Shown: positions 28,120-37,836 of the stretch, piece after piece | How positions within the stretch are numbered: the stretch's first letter is position 1 | Layout of the letters: each line of letters begins with the position of its first letter | Assembly (NCBI GenBank): GCA_964612535.1 | Contig: CAZTDS010000002.1 | Coordinates: 1,509-48,878 of the forward strand | Reading direction: 5' to 3' | Source of the DNA: an uncultured Thermoplasmatales archaeon | GTDB taxonomy: Archaea > Thermoplasmatota > E2 > UBA202 > JdFR-43 | Length of the DNA: 47,370 bases | Translations under genes and position numbers: made by a program | The notes under the pieces: generated by a model | What the model was told of the DNA's origin: nothing | Databases searched by the model: none | Seen by the model: the letters and a program-made list of their open reading frames with translations, nothing else

Positions 28120-28708
28120 GCAATCTTTCCTTTATTTTATGGAGCAGTTCTGCAGGGTTTTTAACTGGATACTCTATTGCCTCAAGTATTTCCTTCGCAT
28201 CCCTGCCCATTATGCTCATTCCCTTTAGCCTTTCCATCAACGCCTCCTTTTCTGCCGGGAAATCCATGCCTTTTATTGCAGCCAGCACATGCACCGCCCA
28301 GTCTATGCCTAACGCCTCCGCTTCCTCTTTCTTCAATTCAATTTTGTCCAGCTCTCCACGCTGCTTTAATGCTCGATAGGCCAGCTTTGCTATTCCCCCC
28401 GCTATGTGTTCATTTGGCCTCTCTCCACCCTCCATGATATAATTTTTTACCTTTTCTTCGTCGGCTGTTGCAATATTTTTGGCAGTTTGCTCTGTTATGC
28501 CAAGCATTCTTGCTATCTCGCCATATGTTTTCACTGCCTCATTTTTGAGCACTACAACATAGGCAGCTTCTGCCAGCGATGGAAGCCATGTTAAATTGCG
28601 ATATTCAACGAGTTTTTTCAGCCCACCGAGAATCCTTATGCTCTCCATAAACACCTTTTCAGCCATTTCATCAACATTTCCACCCATTGGCTTGGATATT
28701 ATCTCCAT
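28112..28708 (-). CDS. HTH-domain protein (predicted transcriptional regulator) paired with KaiC-like ATPase
   Basis: 198-aa ORF with a helix-turn-helix (KTYGEIARMLGITEQTAKNIA). It starts 6 nt after the KaiC-like stop, and its stop overlaps the rgy start (ATGATTGA). Confidence 0.6.
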   Translation of the reverse strand: MEIISKPMGGNVDEMAEKVFMESIRILGGLKKLVEYRNLTWLPSLAEAAYVVVLKNEAVKTYGEIARMLGITEQTAKNIATADEEKVKNYIMEGGERPNEHIAGGIAKLAYRALKQRGELDKIELKKEEAEALGIDWAVHVLAAIKGMDFPAEKEALMERLKGMSIMGRDAKEILEAIEYPVKNPAELLHKIKERLHD

Positions 28709-28714
28709 TTTTCA

Positions 28715-29572
28715 TCACCTCCTTATATATTCTGAAAGCGGAGCTATTATTTCAACTGTTCCAGCATCAGTAATTTCAAATACCCATGTTCTCGTATCAT
28801 GTCCGCTGAGCCTGCAACCATCGATCCTTATGAAGCGTATAACATCACCTATATCCTTCTTATAAAGACTCGCCTCCCTCTGACTCATTATGAGTTTTTT
28901 ATCGACAACAATCGTTCCATCGACAATATGCGCCACAGCCAGCCCGCCCGCCGCCTCGACGCTCTCGCTCGCCTGAGCAGAGCGTTTTTGGGAGATGAAC
29001 AGTCCGGTCTGTCGCCATTTTTTGAGGAAATTGAAGAACTGCCTGACAATCTGGCGAGCCATCATTTCCTTATGTTCATATAAGCCAGTAATGCTGTCTA
29101 TGATAACGTTGGTTATTTTCTTTTCCTTTATGGCATATGCCATTGTTTCCATCAGTGCCTTTGGATTTTCTCTCAGTTCTTCCTCCTCGGAAGCATCTAT
29201 TACGACGATGTTCTTCTCTGCTTCATCAAAATCCAAGCCTAAAGCTTTGCATTTTTCACGAATTGCAGAATACAGGAAATTTGCAGGACTTTCAACTGTT
29301 ACAAACAAAACTTTATATCCTTTCGCCGCCTGATAGGCAGCAAACTGCTCAGCAAATAAACTTTTACCTGTGTCAGGAATGCCGGAAATGTTGAATATGG
29401 AAAGATATGGCAAACCGCCGAGTGGCTTTTTAACGAATTTACCATTTTCTTCTTCAAGCTTGTAAAACATTTCATCAAGCTTTGTACCTGTTGGAATGCC
29501 AAATAACTTTGGCGCCCTTTCAGCAAGCTCTCCCAGCTCGTAAAAACTAAATCTTTTTTCCTCACTCATCAT
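28715..29572 (-). CDS. Single-domain KaiC/RecA-superfamily ATPase
   Basis: 285-aa ORF with Walker A GIPDTGKS, Walker B NVIIDSITG, and overall archaeal KaiC-like (COG0467-type) organisation. Confidence 0.8.
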   Translation of the reverse strand: MMSEEKRFSFYELGELAERAPKLFGIPTGTKLDEMFYKLEEENGKFVKKPLGGLPYLSIFNISGIPDTGKSLFAEQFAAYQAAKGYKVLFVTVESPANFLYSAIREKCKALGLDFDEAEKNIVVIDASEEEELRENPKALMETMAYAIKEKKITNVIIDSITGLYEHKEMMARQIVRQFFNFLKKWRQTGLFISQKRSAQASESVEAAGGLAVAHIVDGTIVVDKKLIMSQREASLYKKDIGDVIRFIRIDGCRLSGHDTRTWVFEITDAGTVEIIAPLSEYIRR

Positions 29573-29641
29573 ATAATAATGTGTTTATTGTTGTATAAAT
29601 AGATTTCGCAAATTTTAAAAATCCATGCTAAGATATAACAC

Positions 29642-30361
29642 ATGGCAAGATGGATGGCACTTGCCATTACATCCATCTTACTCATTAATTTTACTCCAGC
29701 AGAAAATAAAAGCGGGGAGGCAATAAGGGTTGAGGTAGGTATCGATGGCATTCCTCCATTAATTCAACCATTGGCAAAGGTGAAGAATATTGGGAGCGAG
29801 CCGATAGAGCATTTGGAATGGTATGTTGTAGTAACCTCCTTCCTGCCCAGATACACTGGCACATGCCGCGGCTCCTTTTCATTGCAAATTGGGGAGGAAA
29901 AAACGATAAGATGTCCATATTTTCCTGCCATTTTTGGTCCTCTTACAATAGAATTTGTGGTGAACTGTGGGTATAAAAAATGTCCAGTGATTAAAACATT
30001 GAAGTTTTTCGTTCTTCCTCCTATAATGTTCGGTGGCGAAATTGAACATCCTGAAATATGCTTTGATGGAGAACTTCAGGAAGAAAATGGAACGAAAAAA
30101 GCATATGTTATAGTGACTTATGTGGAAGAAGGGGTATATTATAATGCGAATGCTTCAACACCAAATATTGCCTTCATCGATGCTTTCTCTGGCGAAGAGT
30201 ACTATGTTGGGGAGAATTTGCAGCTGACTGAGGAAAAAAACAATTTATATACAGAGCCAGTAAAAGTCGGAGATAAAATAGAAGTGCAGATATATCCTCC
30301 GATGCTTGTTAAATGGCTTCCAACAGGAGCAACTATAACAAAGGTGGAGTGGTTCTGGTAA
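29642..30361 (+). CDS. Secreted hypothetical protein (CARDB-like beta-sandwich suspected)
   Basis: 239-aa ORF with an N-terminal hydrophobic signal (WMALAITSILLINF). VKNIGSEPIEHLEWYVVV resembles CARDB-type adhesion domains. No firm family call. Confidence 0.55.
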   Translation: MARWMALAITSILLINFTPAENKSGEAIRVEVGIDGIPPLIQPLAKVKNIGSEPIEHLEWYVVVTSFLPRYTGTCRGSFSLQIGEEKTIRCPYFPAIFGPLTIEFVVNCGYKKCPVIKTLKFFVLPPIMFGGEIEHPEICFDGELQEENGTKKAYVIVTYVEEGVYYNANASTPNIAFIDAFSGEEYYVGENLQLTEEKNNLYTEPVKVGDKIEVQIYPPMLVKWLPTGATITKVEWFW

Positions 30362-30406
30362 AAATGCTAAAAAATTACCTTTTTATACGCATAACTGATT
30401 AGAAAT

Positions 30407-30613
30407 ATGAACGTAATAAAAGCTATTGAATTGGTTGGCTCCTCGCCAAATAGTTTTGAGGATGCTGTAAAACATGCAATTGAAGAGGCGAAGAAGACAC
30501 TCCGTCACATAAGGAGAGTGGAGGTAAAGGATTTTGAAGTGCTGCTTGAAAACGATGAAATAAAAATGTATCAGGCAAGAATAAAACTATTTTTCATGGT
30601 GGAGAGAGAGTGA
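30407..30613 (+). CDS. Dodecin (flavin-binding/storage protein)
   Basis: 68-aa ORF. VIKAIELVGSSPNSFEDAVKHAIEEAKKTLRHIRRVEVKDFEV matches the dodecin family pattern. A TATA-like CCTTTTTATAC lies about 25 nt upstream. Confidence 0.85.
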   Translation: MNVIKAIELVGSSPNSFEDAVKHAIEEAKKTLRHIRRVEVKDFEVLLENDEIKMYQARIKLFFMVERE

Positions 30614-32089
30614 GGAAACGAGGTTTCTTTTCCTTCTCCTTAAATTTTTAATTAATGAGGGAAACTGATTCATATAGGAGAGACCACCAGCAGTCGAAAA
30701 ATTTCTTATTGGTCTTTTAAGCTCTGAGAAAAATGTATTTATTACCACTCTCTTTTCCACATCCCCTTCCTCTTTTATCATTGCGAGACGATGCAAGGAA
30801 TAGAGGCCTATAATAAAAGCAAAGAAAAAGAAGAAATCCCACTGCTGGAAACTCAGGATGGGAAAATCAAATCCGCCATCCGGCCCTTTATAAATTATCT
30901 TCCAGTTCAACTCCCTTCCAACAAGATAATCTGCAAGGCCGCCGCCGATGATTGGGGCAATTCCGGCAGCAAGCGAGTTTATTATGCTGTGCGCCGCCAG
31001 ATAGGGTGTCGCCTGCTGGCGAGGAGCAAGCTTTAGGCTTATGTTGCGGGATGCCAGGTTTACGCCTGCAAGTGAGATGCCCATGAAAAAGTGAATTGCT
31101 ATGAGGAGGGGAAGCGTTAGCACATGTTTTTCCGGCATTGTTGTAAAAGTCCAGGCAAGTATGCAGAGGAGGAAAAGAGGGCTGCTCACGCTTAGCACTG
31201 ATTTGTTGCTGTGATTGTCTGAAATTTTACCCCATATTCGGAGGAAGGTAAGATTTGTTAACTGACTCAATATGCCAAGCGCTATGATGAGGGATATATC
31301 GAGCTGAAGCATTTTTAGCATGTAGACTGTGAAAAAAGGAGCCGCCAGATTAATGGCAAAATTCCAGGAGCCAGAGAATATGAGGAGATTTTTGAAATTG
31401 AAATCTTTAAAAGGCTGGGACAACATTGAAAGGAATTTCCCGTTTTCATTTCCTATCATGCGAGGCTCAGGTATCTTTGAAATGAAATACACGCCCGCCA
31501 TACCAGCCAGAAAAGCCAGCAGGAAAAGGATGGAATAGCCGTAGAGAGCATCGAAATGCTTTTTCCACAAATCAATGAAAAGAGCCGCGGAGAGACTTAA
31601 TATCATTCCAATGAGCAGCGAAAGACCCATTCTTTTGGAAAAGAATCTGCCAAGTTGTCTTTCCGGGATGAGATCTCGCATCCATGAATTCCAGCTGCAG
31701 TTGCTAATGGCGGCGAGAATGGTATTCATAAAAAGGGCAATCAGTAAAATAATTAGCCCCAGTCTACTGCTAAAAAAGAAGGGTGTGAGGGCGATGAAGA
31801 GCCAGAAAAATCGGCTCATTCCTGTTGTATAAACACATATCGCCTTTCTTACCCTGAATTTTTCAATGAGGTAGACAGCAGGAATCTGTATGAGTTGAGA
31901 TAAAGGAGGTATAGCTGCCAGCAGCCCGATAATGATGTTCGATGCCCCCATCTGAAGGGCAAAGGCAACGAGAAACACACCGCTGGTGAGTGTAATCATT
32001 GCCTGTGTCGCAAGTCCATCCTTTATTACAAACTTCAAGCCTTTCTGAATATCCTTTTCAGTAAGTTTATCCTTAGTGGAAAAATTCAT
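30587..32089 (-). CDS. MFS-type transporter
   Basis: 500-aa ORF with about 12-14 predicted hydrophobic helices in two halves. The substrate is unknown. Confidence 0.65.
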   Translation of the reverse strand: MNFSTKDKLTEKDIQKGLKFVIKDGLATQAMITLTSGVFLVAFALQMGASNIIIGLLAAIPPLSQLIQIPAVYLIEKFRVRKAICVYTTGMSRFFWLFIALTPFFFSSRLGLIILLIALFMNTILAAISNCSWNSWMRDLIPERQLGRFFSKRMGLSLLIGMILSLSAALFIDLWKKHFDALYGYSILFLLAFLAGMAGVYFISKIPEPRMIGNENGKFLSMLSQPFKDFNFKNLLIFSGSWNFAINLAAPFFTVYMLKMLQLDISLIIALGILSQLTNLTFLRIWGKISDNHSNKSVLSVSSPLFLLCILAWTFTTMPEKHVLTLPLLIAIHFFMGISLAGVNLASRNISLKLAPRQQATPYLAAHSIINSLAAGIAPIIGGGLADYLVGRELNWKIIYKGPDGGFDFPILSFQQWDFFFFFAFIIGLYSLHRLAMIKEEGDVEKRVVINTFFSELKRPIRNFSTAGGLSYMNQFPSLIKNLRRRKRNLVSSLSLHHEK

Positions 32090-32267
32090 CGCATCTCATC
32101 CCTTCCAAAGTAAGCATCCTTTCCTTTACTGTTATCGTGAATTCTCCCGCACATACATCTCGCTGGCAGAGAGAAGTAGGGTATATAAATGTTTGCATCC
32201 CCTCTTTGGCAAGCCTTTGCACCAACAAGATTATTACTTCATCATTTAAAACATTAATGATGCATCT

Positions 32268-33752
32268 TTAATGAAGGAAACATCTCTGACCTGTAAATAC
32301 CATTATTATCCCATGCTCGTTCGCCGCTTTTATTACCTCTTCATCCCTTATGGAGCCGCCGGGCTGAACAATTGCCCTCACACCTGCTTTGGCGGCGACA
32401 TCCACAGCATCACGAAACGGAAAGAAAGCATCGGATGCCATTATTGAACCTTTTATTCTTTCTCCTCCCTTGTGAGTTGCAATGAATGTTGCATCCACCC
32501 TTGCCGTCTGCCCGCCTCCTATGGCTACGGTTCTTTTTCCCTTCACAAAAACAACTGCATTTGATTTGACATGGCGGACGCATTTAACGGCAAACACCAT
32601 TGCCTCAATATCTTTTTCATTTGGCTTCTTTTCTGTAACTACTTTCCATTCTTCAGGATTGGGTTCTTTCGTATCCTTATCCTGCATAAGCAATCCACCC
32701 TCAACGCTCCTCACTTCAATGCTATCGTTTCGCCTCTCCTCATCAAGCCCTCTCACTTCCAGAAGGCGGAGATTTTTCTTTCCGGCAAAAATTTCTCTCG
32801 CCTCCTCGCTGAATGATGGAGCAATTATTACTTCGAGAAAAATTTTGGACATCTCCTCTGCAAGTTTGCCTGTCACCTCTCTATTTACGGCAACAACACC
32901 TCCAAAAGGAGAATATTCATCTGTTTCATAAGCAAATTTCCATGCTTCCTCAACACTCCTTCCACATGCTATTCCAGATGGCGTGGCATGTTTCACAATA
33001 ACCGCCGCAGGCTCATCAAACTCCTTAACACATTCTATGGCATGATTTGCATCGAGTATGTTATTATAAGAAAGCTCTTTTCCCTGCAGTTTTACAGCAT
33101 TTGCAATACACGCTCCCTTGATACCTTCCTCCACATAAAAAGCTCCCTTCTGATGAGGATTTTCTCCATATCTCAATATCTGTTTTCTTACATAAGGCAA
33201 AGTAAGCAGCGATGGAAACTCAACGTTATGTTGCTTAAGGAGCATGGCATCATAATATGCAGTGCGTTGAAGTGCTTCTATTGCAAACTTTTTCCTTATC
33301 TCCTCATCGAAACCTTCCTTCAAATACTTCATAGCTTCCCTATATTGACCGGGATGAGAAATGATTACAACTCTTCGCCAGTTTTTTGCTGCAGCCCTTG
33401 TCATGGCAGGGCCGCCGATATCCATGCCTTCTATACCATAAGTCAGGGGATAAAAGTTGCATATTACCATATCTACCGGTTTTATTCCCTTTTCCTCCAG
33501 TTCCTCAATTTGCTCCTCCTTAGCAAGAATTGCAGCATGGATGTGAGTGTGTAATGTTTTCACCCTTCCTCCTAGCAATTCTGAGAAGCCAGTATATTCA
33601 GCAATATCCTTTACCTCTATTCCCTTTTCCTCCAGAAATTTTTTTGTGCCTGTCGTAGCATATATCTCGATACCATACTCTTTTAAAGCCTTACAAAATT
33701 CTTCAAGTCCACTTTTATCATACACGCTTACAATAGCCCTCTTTGGTCGCAT
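32268..33752 (-). CDS. purH: Bifunctional AICAR formyltransferase / IMP cyclohydrolase
   Basis: 494-aa ORF with an N-terminal MGS-like domain (RAIVSVYDKSGL...GGRVKTLHTHIH) and a C-terminal AICARFT domain ending GGSIRDEEVI...MVFTGQRCFLH. Confidence 0.93.
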   Translation of the reverse strand: MRPKRAIVSVYDKSGLEEFCKALKEYGIEIYATTGTKKFLEEKGIEVKDIAEYTGFSELLGGRVKTLHTHIHAAILAKEEQIEELEEKGIKPVDMVICNFYPLTYGIEGMDIGGPAMTRAAAKNWRRVVIISHPGQYREAMKYLKEGFDEEIRKKFAIEALQRTAYYDAMLLKQHNVEFPSLLTLPYVRKQILRYGENPHQKGAFYVEEGIKGACIANAVKLQGKELSYNNILDANHAIECVKEFDEPAAVIVKHATPSGIACGRSVEEAWKFAYETDEYSPFGGVVAVNREVTGKLAEEMSKIFLEVIIAPSFSEEAREIFAGKKNLRLLEVRGLDEERRNDSIEVRSVEGGLLMQDKDTKEPNPEEWKVVTEKKPNEKDIEAMVFAVKCVRHVKSNAVVFVKGKRTVAIGGGQTARVDATFIATHKGGERIKGSIMASDAFFPFRDAVDVAAKAGVRAIVQPGGSIRDEEVIKAANEHGIIMVFTGQRCFLH

Positions 33753-33845
33753 TTATATCCCAATGTAATACCGCCTGCAAAAAAAACTTTTTGGCTGGCA
33801 GAACATCCATCATCAATAAATAGTCGTATTATATTTCACTATAAA

Positions 33846-34688
33846 ATGCACGATGAAACTCTTATTAAGGAAATTAAAAGAAAAGCTCTTGAAATCAGAA
33901 AGTGGGTGATAGAGTCCATATATAGGGCGGGCTCGGGCCATCCCGGAGGGAGTTTATCCATTGCCGACATAATCGCCTGCCTGTATTTCCATGAAATGCG
34001 ACATAATCCGAAAGACCCCAGATGGCCCGATAGAGATCGCCTCGTATTATCAAAGGGGCATGCAGCCCCGGCTTTATATGCTGCCCTCGCCCTCGCCGGC
34101 TATTTTCCGGTTGAAGAATTAAAAAATCTTCGCAAAATCGGGCATTTTTTGCAGGGTCATCCATGCATGAAAAAGGTGCCGGGTGTTGATATGTCAACTG
34201 GCTCACTTGGTCACGGACTGAGTGTTGCTGTGGGAATGGCTATAGCTGGAAAGTTAGATGGAAAGGATTACAGGGTTTTCGCAATTCTCGGCGACGGAGA
34301 GGTGCAGGAAGGAGAAATATGGGAGGCAGCTAACACTGCATCTCATTACAAGCTTGATAATCTCATTGCCATTCTCGATAGAAACAAATTGCAGATTGAC
34401 GGGCCGACTGAGGAAGTAATGCATATCGAACCCCTGCCCTGGAGGTGGCAGGCATTTGGCTGGGATGTTGTTGAAATAGATGGACATAACGTTGAGGAAA
34501 TACTCGATACTTTTCATGAAATAAAGCTGAATGAAAAGCCAACAATCATAATAGCACATACAATAAAAGGAAAGGGTGTTTCTTTTATGGAAGGAACGTT
34601 GTCATTTCATGGAAAGCCTCCAAGTGAGGAACAATATTTAAGGGCAATGAGCGAACTGGAGCAGGCGGAGCGTGAGTTAGATGATTAA
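33846..34688 (+). CDS. Transketolase, N-terminal (TPP-binding) subunit
   Basis: 280-aa ORF. SGHPGGSLSIADI...LSKGHAAPALYA...GDGEVQEGEIWEA are transketolase PP-domain motifs. Confidence 0.92.
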   Translation: MHDETLIKEIKRKALEIRKWVIESIYRAGSGHPGGSLSIADIIACLYFHEMRHNPKDPRWPDRDRLVLSKGHAAPALYAALALAGYFPVEELKNLRKIGHFLQGHPCMKKVPGVDMSTGSLGHGLSVAVGMAIAGKLDGKDYRVFAILGDGEVQEGEIWEAANTASHYKLDNLIAILDRNKLQIDGPTEEVMHIEPLPWRWQAFGWDVVEIDGHNVEEILDTFHEIKLNEKPTIIIAHTIKGKGVSFMEGTLSFHGKPPSEEQYLRAMSELEQAERELDD

Positions 34689-35634
34689 CGCAAAGCTGAC
34701 AGATAAAATGAGGAATCTGCGAGATGCATATAGCTCAGCATTAATTGAACTTGGATATAAAAACCCAGATATTGTTGTACTCGATGCTGATTTGGCTCTA
34801 TCAACAAAAACAAAGAGATTTGGCACAGTATTTCCTGATCGCTTCTTCGACATGGGTATAGCTGAAGCCAGCATGATGGATGTCGCCGCCGGCCTGGCTG
34901 CATGCGGAAAAATCGTCTTCGCCTCAACTTTTGCAGTCTTCGCCACTGGAAGATGCTACGATAGCATACGCCAGTCAATTGCATATCCGGAACTCAATGT
35001 AAAAATTGTCGCCACTCATGCGGGCATATCGGTGGGCGGCGACGGCGCCAGCCACCAGATGCTTGAAGATATTGCACTCATGCGAGTGCTGCCCAATATG
35101 ACTGTCATAGCGCCTGCAGATGCAACTGAAATGGAGGATGTTGTGCCGACGATAGCCGAGCATAAGGGGCCGTGTTATGTCCGTATCGGAAGGGCTGATG
35201 CACCGATTATATTTGAAACACATGGAGTATTTAAAATTGGCAAGGGGTATGTACTCAGGAGAGGGGATGATGTAGCAATAATAGCTACTGGCACTTTAAC
35301 CGCTGAGGCTCTAAAAGCACATGAACTGCTGAAAAAGAAAGGAATAGAGGCAATGGTTATTCATATGCCGACAATAAAGCCGATTGACAAAAGGCTCGTT
35401 AGAAGGGCTGCAAGAAGAACCGGGAGAATAATAACATGCGAAGAGCATTCTGTAATAGGTGGCCTGGGAGATGCTGTGGCAATGGCGATTCAGGATGAAC
35501 CTGTTCCAATGGTGAGAGTGGGTGTGAATGATGTTTTTGGTGAAAGTGGAGAGGCGAGGGAACTAATGGAAAAATATGGTTTGACGGCAGAAAGCATAGC
35601 AAGAAAAGCGAAGAAGCTCGTTGCACACTCATAA
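34681..35634 (+). CDS. Transketolase, C-terminal (pyrimidine-binding) subunit
   Basis: 317-aa ORF. FFDMGIAEASMM...THAGISVGGDGASHQ motifs. It overlaps the N-terminal subunit gene by 8 nt. Confidence 0.92.
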   Translation: MINAKLTDKMRNLRDAYSSALIELGYKNPDIVVLDADLALSTKTKRFGTVFPDRFFDMGIAEASMMDVAAGLAACGKIVFASTFAVFATGRCYDSIRQSIAYPELNVKIVATHAGISVGGDGASHQMLEDIALMRVLPNMTVIAPADATEMEDVVPTIAEHKGPCYVRIGRADAPIIFETHGVFKIGKGYVLRRGDDVAIIATGTLTAEALKAHELLKKKGIEAMVIHMPTIKPIDKRLVRRAARRTGRIITCEEHSVIGGLGDAVAMAIQDEPVPMVRVGVNDVFGESGEARELMEKYGLTAESIARKAKKLVAHS

Positions 35635-36825
35635 TTTTTCCGCAATGATAGCCTTTCCCCCCACTTTAAATATATAGTACCTTCTTTCACCTTTTAATCC
35701 ATCCTCTATTCTATTCCTCACCTTCCAATATTCTTTTGGTTCAATTGAGAAGCGAGGTGTTGCCTTTCCCGCATGGCATTTCTTTAAAACCCTGTTGATT
35801 GTATCTATTTCAAACTTGCAGCTCTCCACCACTTTATATGCTCTAAGAAAAGATGAAATGTATTTATTTTCTGATGACAGCAGAGTTCTTCTTTCCTCAA
35901 AATGAAGCAGGAAGCCGTCAAAGCCAATCTTTCCTGCAAGATTTTTCAGCAAACCAGCTTTTATTATGGTTCTATCTACCTCATATATATAATCAGCAAC
36001 CTCACTTTTTTCCTCAATCTCAACCTCATCATCCTCATCTGTAACTCTTTCCTCGCTTGGAAGAGATACAGCAGATATGTTGCAGGAAGCAAAAGCCCTC
36101 GTATATAACGCAAGGCGATTTAAATCAAAATTTAGCGATGTATATTCCTTCTCCCCTTCAATTTTTATTTCCTCTCTCCTCATTTGGGGCGGGAGTTCAA
36201 AAGCAATTCTATCCGTTTTTTTCTGATACAGTTCATAAACTTTCATTGGATTCGGGAGAAGAGTTTCAAAAGTTCTTTTTTTCTCCTCGGGTTTTCGAGA
36301 AGGATCGCAAAAAATGGAGTTAGCGTATATTTTATTAAAAATCTCCGTGCTAAGCGCATCTCCTTCCATTATCTCAAAATTTTCGGCACCAAAAACCATT
36401 AAATTCAGTTCAGCCATTTTTGCTCTATCCTTGTCTATCTCCACCCCAATAACTTTATCTGCATATTTTGAAAAATACATGAGCTGCATGCCAACACCGC
36501 AGCATATATCTGCCGCTATCCCTCCTCCAATCCTCTTTGCTCGATATTCAGCCACCTCCGGCGGCGTGGCATAGCGGAGGGCTTCTTCATCAAAAAAGAG
36601 ATATGATGCCATTTCTCCAAATTTTTTCCTTGCCCTTATCCTGCATTTTGCCATTTCAAAAATTTTTTCCTTGCTGAAGAACTTTGCCTTAATCTTTTTT
36701 AATATAAAATCTCTGTGGAAACCCTGTTTTATTAAATCAACCGCCTCACTCACTTCTTCATCCACTTCTTCAAGCATTTTCAACATATTGTCGAAGCCAT
36801 ATGTAAAATTTTTGAGAATGAACAT
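35629..36825 (-). CDS. SAM-dependent methyltransferase (TGS1/RNA guanine-N2 MTase-like core with THUMP-like C-terminal region)
   Basis: 398-aa ORF with SAM motif I (IAADICCGVGMQ) and the FCDPSR post-motif. The C-terminal roughly 150 aa is of unknown specificity. Confidence 0.65.
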   Translation of the reverse strand: MFILKNFTYGFDNMLKMLEEVDEEVSEAVDLIKQGFHRDFILKKIKAKFFSKEKIFEMAKCRIRARKKFGEMASYLFFDEEALRYATPPEVAEYRAKRIGGGIAADICCGVGMQLMYFSKYADKVIGVEIDKDRAKMAELNLMVFGAENFEIMEGDALSTEIFNKIYANSIFCDPSRKPEEKKRTFETLLPNPMKVYELYQKKTDRIAFELPPQMRREEIKIEGEKEYTSLNFDLNRLALYTRAFASCNISAVSLPSEERVTDEDDEVEIEEKSEVADYIYEVDRTIIKAGLLKNLAGKIGFDGFLLHFEERRTLLSSENKYISSFLRAYKVVESCKFEIDTINRVLKKCHAGKATPRFSIEPKEYWKVRNRIEDGLKGERRYYIFKVGGKAIIAEKL

Positions 36826-36979
36826 GCACTATGCGAAAAATTTATAAACCCAGATTACACCCCTCCCTTCATTTATAAATAAGGAGATAATATAATCTCA
36901 AGTTAAAGCCGCATGTAAATAAAGCGCCCTAAGATGGGCACATGCGGTTGCATCCCCTCCCTCTGTTATATTGTATTAA

Positions 36980-36994
36980 TCATTCACAAGTTTT
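36980..36994 (+). promoter_or_regulatory. Motif TCATTCACAAGTTTT, copy 1 (upstream of the response regulator gene, abutting a TTTTAAATA TATA-like box)
   Basis: Exact 15-nt match to 37779-37793. It lies 52-66 nt upstream of ATG 37046. Confidence 0.5.
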
Positions 36995-37045
36995 AAATAG
37001 GAGCTACATGTTTAATTCAAATTTCATTTTAAACATGAGGAAATA

Positions 37046-37726
37046 ATGAAAAAAGAATCAACAACGATATTGTATATAGAGGATGATCCCGAGGCGTTTT
37101 TACTGTTGGAAATAATTTTGGAAAGGTATGTAAAGCAAAAAATTAAGCTTATCTGGGCATCTAATGGAAAGGATGCTATTAAAATAATTGAAAGAGAGGA
37201 GATACATCTCATATTGATAGATTTTTTTCTTCCAGATATATGCGGACTCGATTTAATGGATAAAATAAGAGGGAAAGGGATTACAGCCCCTATTGTTATG
37301 ATAACAGGAAATGGAAATGAAAAAATAGCTGCGGATGCTTTTAAGAAAGGAGTGATCGATTATATTGTAAAAGGTGAAGATAACATTAATGAATTAGGAA
37401 ATCGATTTTCCTCCTATATCCATTTTGCTTCATGGATTTCCAATGTAAAAGATTTATCAGATGATTTTGATCATCTCTGTAAGAAAAGAGATGCATTATC
37501 AATCTTAACAAAAATACTAGAGTGTTCCGCAGGAGGAGCAAAGAAAAGCCATATTCTATATAGAGCGAATCTTAATTCGGTAACAATTAAAAAATATATA
37601 TGGTATGCAATTAAAAATGGCTATCTCCAATGGAGAAGAAAAGGAAGGGAAGGAATATTTTTTACCACTATGAAAGGTATGGAACTTATATCAAAGGTAA
37701 ATAAACTCAGAGAAATTTTGATTTGA
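37046..37726 (+). CDS. Response regulator: CheY-like receiver plus C-terminal winged-helix DNA-binding domain
   Basis: REC residues are intact (EDD, LILIDFFLPD, MITG, KKG). The C-terminal ILTKILECSAGGAKKSHILYRANLNSVTIKKYIWYAIKNGYL resembles the archaeal COG3432/HTH_45-type wHTH. Confidence 0.8.
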   Translation: MKKESTTILYIEDDPEAFLLLEIILERYVKQKIKLIWASNGKDAIKIIEREEIHLILIDFFLPDICGLDLMDKIRGKGITAPIVMITGNGNEKIAADAFKKGVIDYIVKGEDNINELGNRFSSYIHFASWISNVKDLSDDFDHLCKKRDALSILTKILECSAGGAKKSHILYRANLNSVTIKKYIWYAIKNGYLQWRRKGREGIFFTTMKGMELISKVNKLREILI

Positions 37727-37778
37727 ATTCTCTTTAGCCTTCTATATTTAAAAATTGCGTATCTCCAATTGGTATGTG

Positions 37779-37793
37779 TCATTCACAAGTTTT
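37779..37793 (+). promoter_or_regulatory. Motif TCATTCACAAGTTTT, copy 2 (upstream of the TasA-like operon)
   Basis: Exact 15-nt repeat of 36980-36994. It lies 86-100 nt upstream of ATG 37879. Confidence 0.5.
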
Positions 37794-37836
37794 TTTCATG
37801 CACCCCCAATATGTCATCATCAACGGCTTGGGCGGA

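Noticed and set aside
32235-32262. C-box-like ATGATGA (minus strand, revcomp of 32240-32246) and AATGATGC (plus strand) near the purH 3' end, considered as a C/D box sRNA
   Set aside because: No D or D' box (CTGA) or terminal stem lies at the expected 12-nt guide spacing on either strand.
32482-33554. Plus-strand ORFs (32482-32931, 32988-33554) inside purH
   Set aside because: They are antisense to a full-length PurH with conserved N- and C-terminal motifs.
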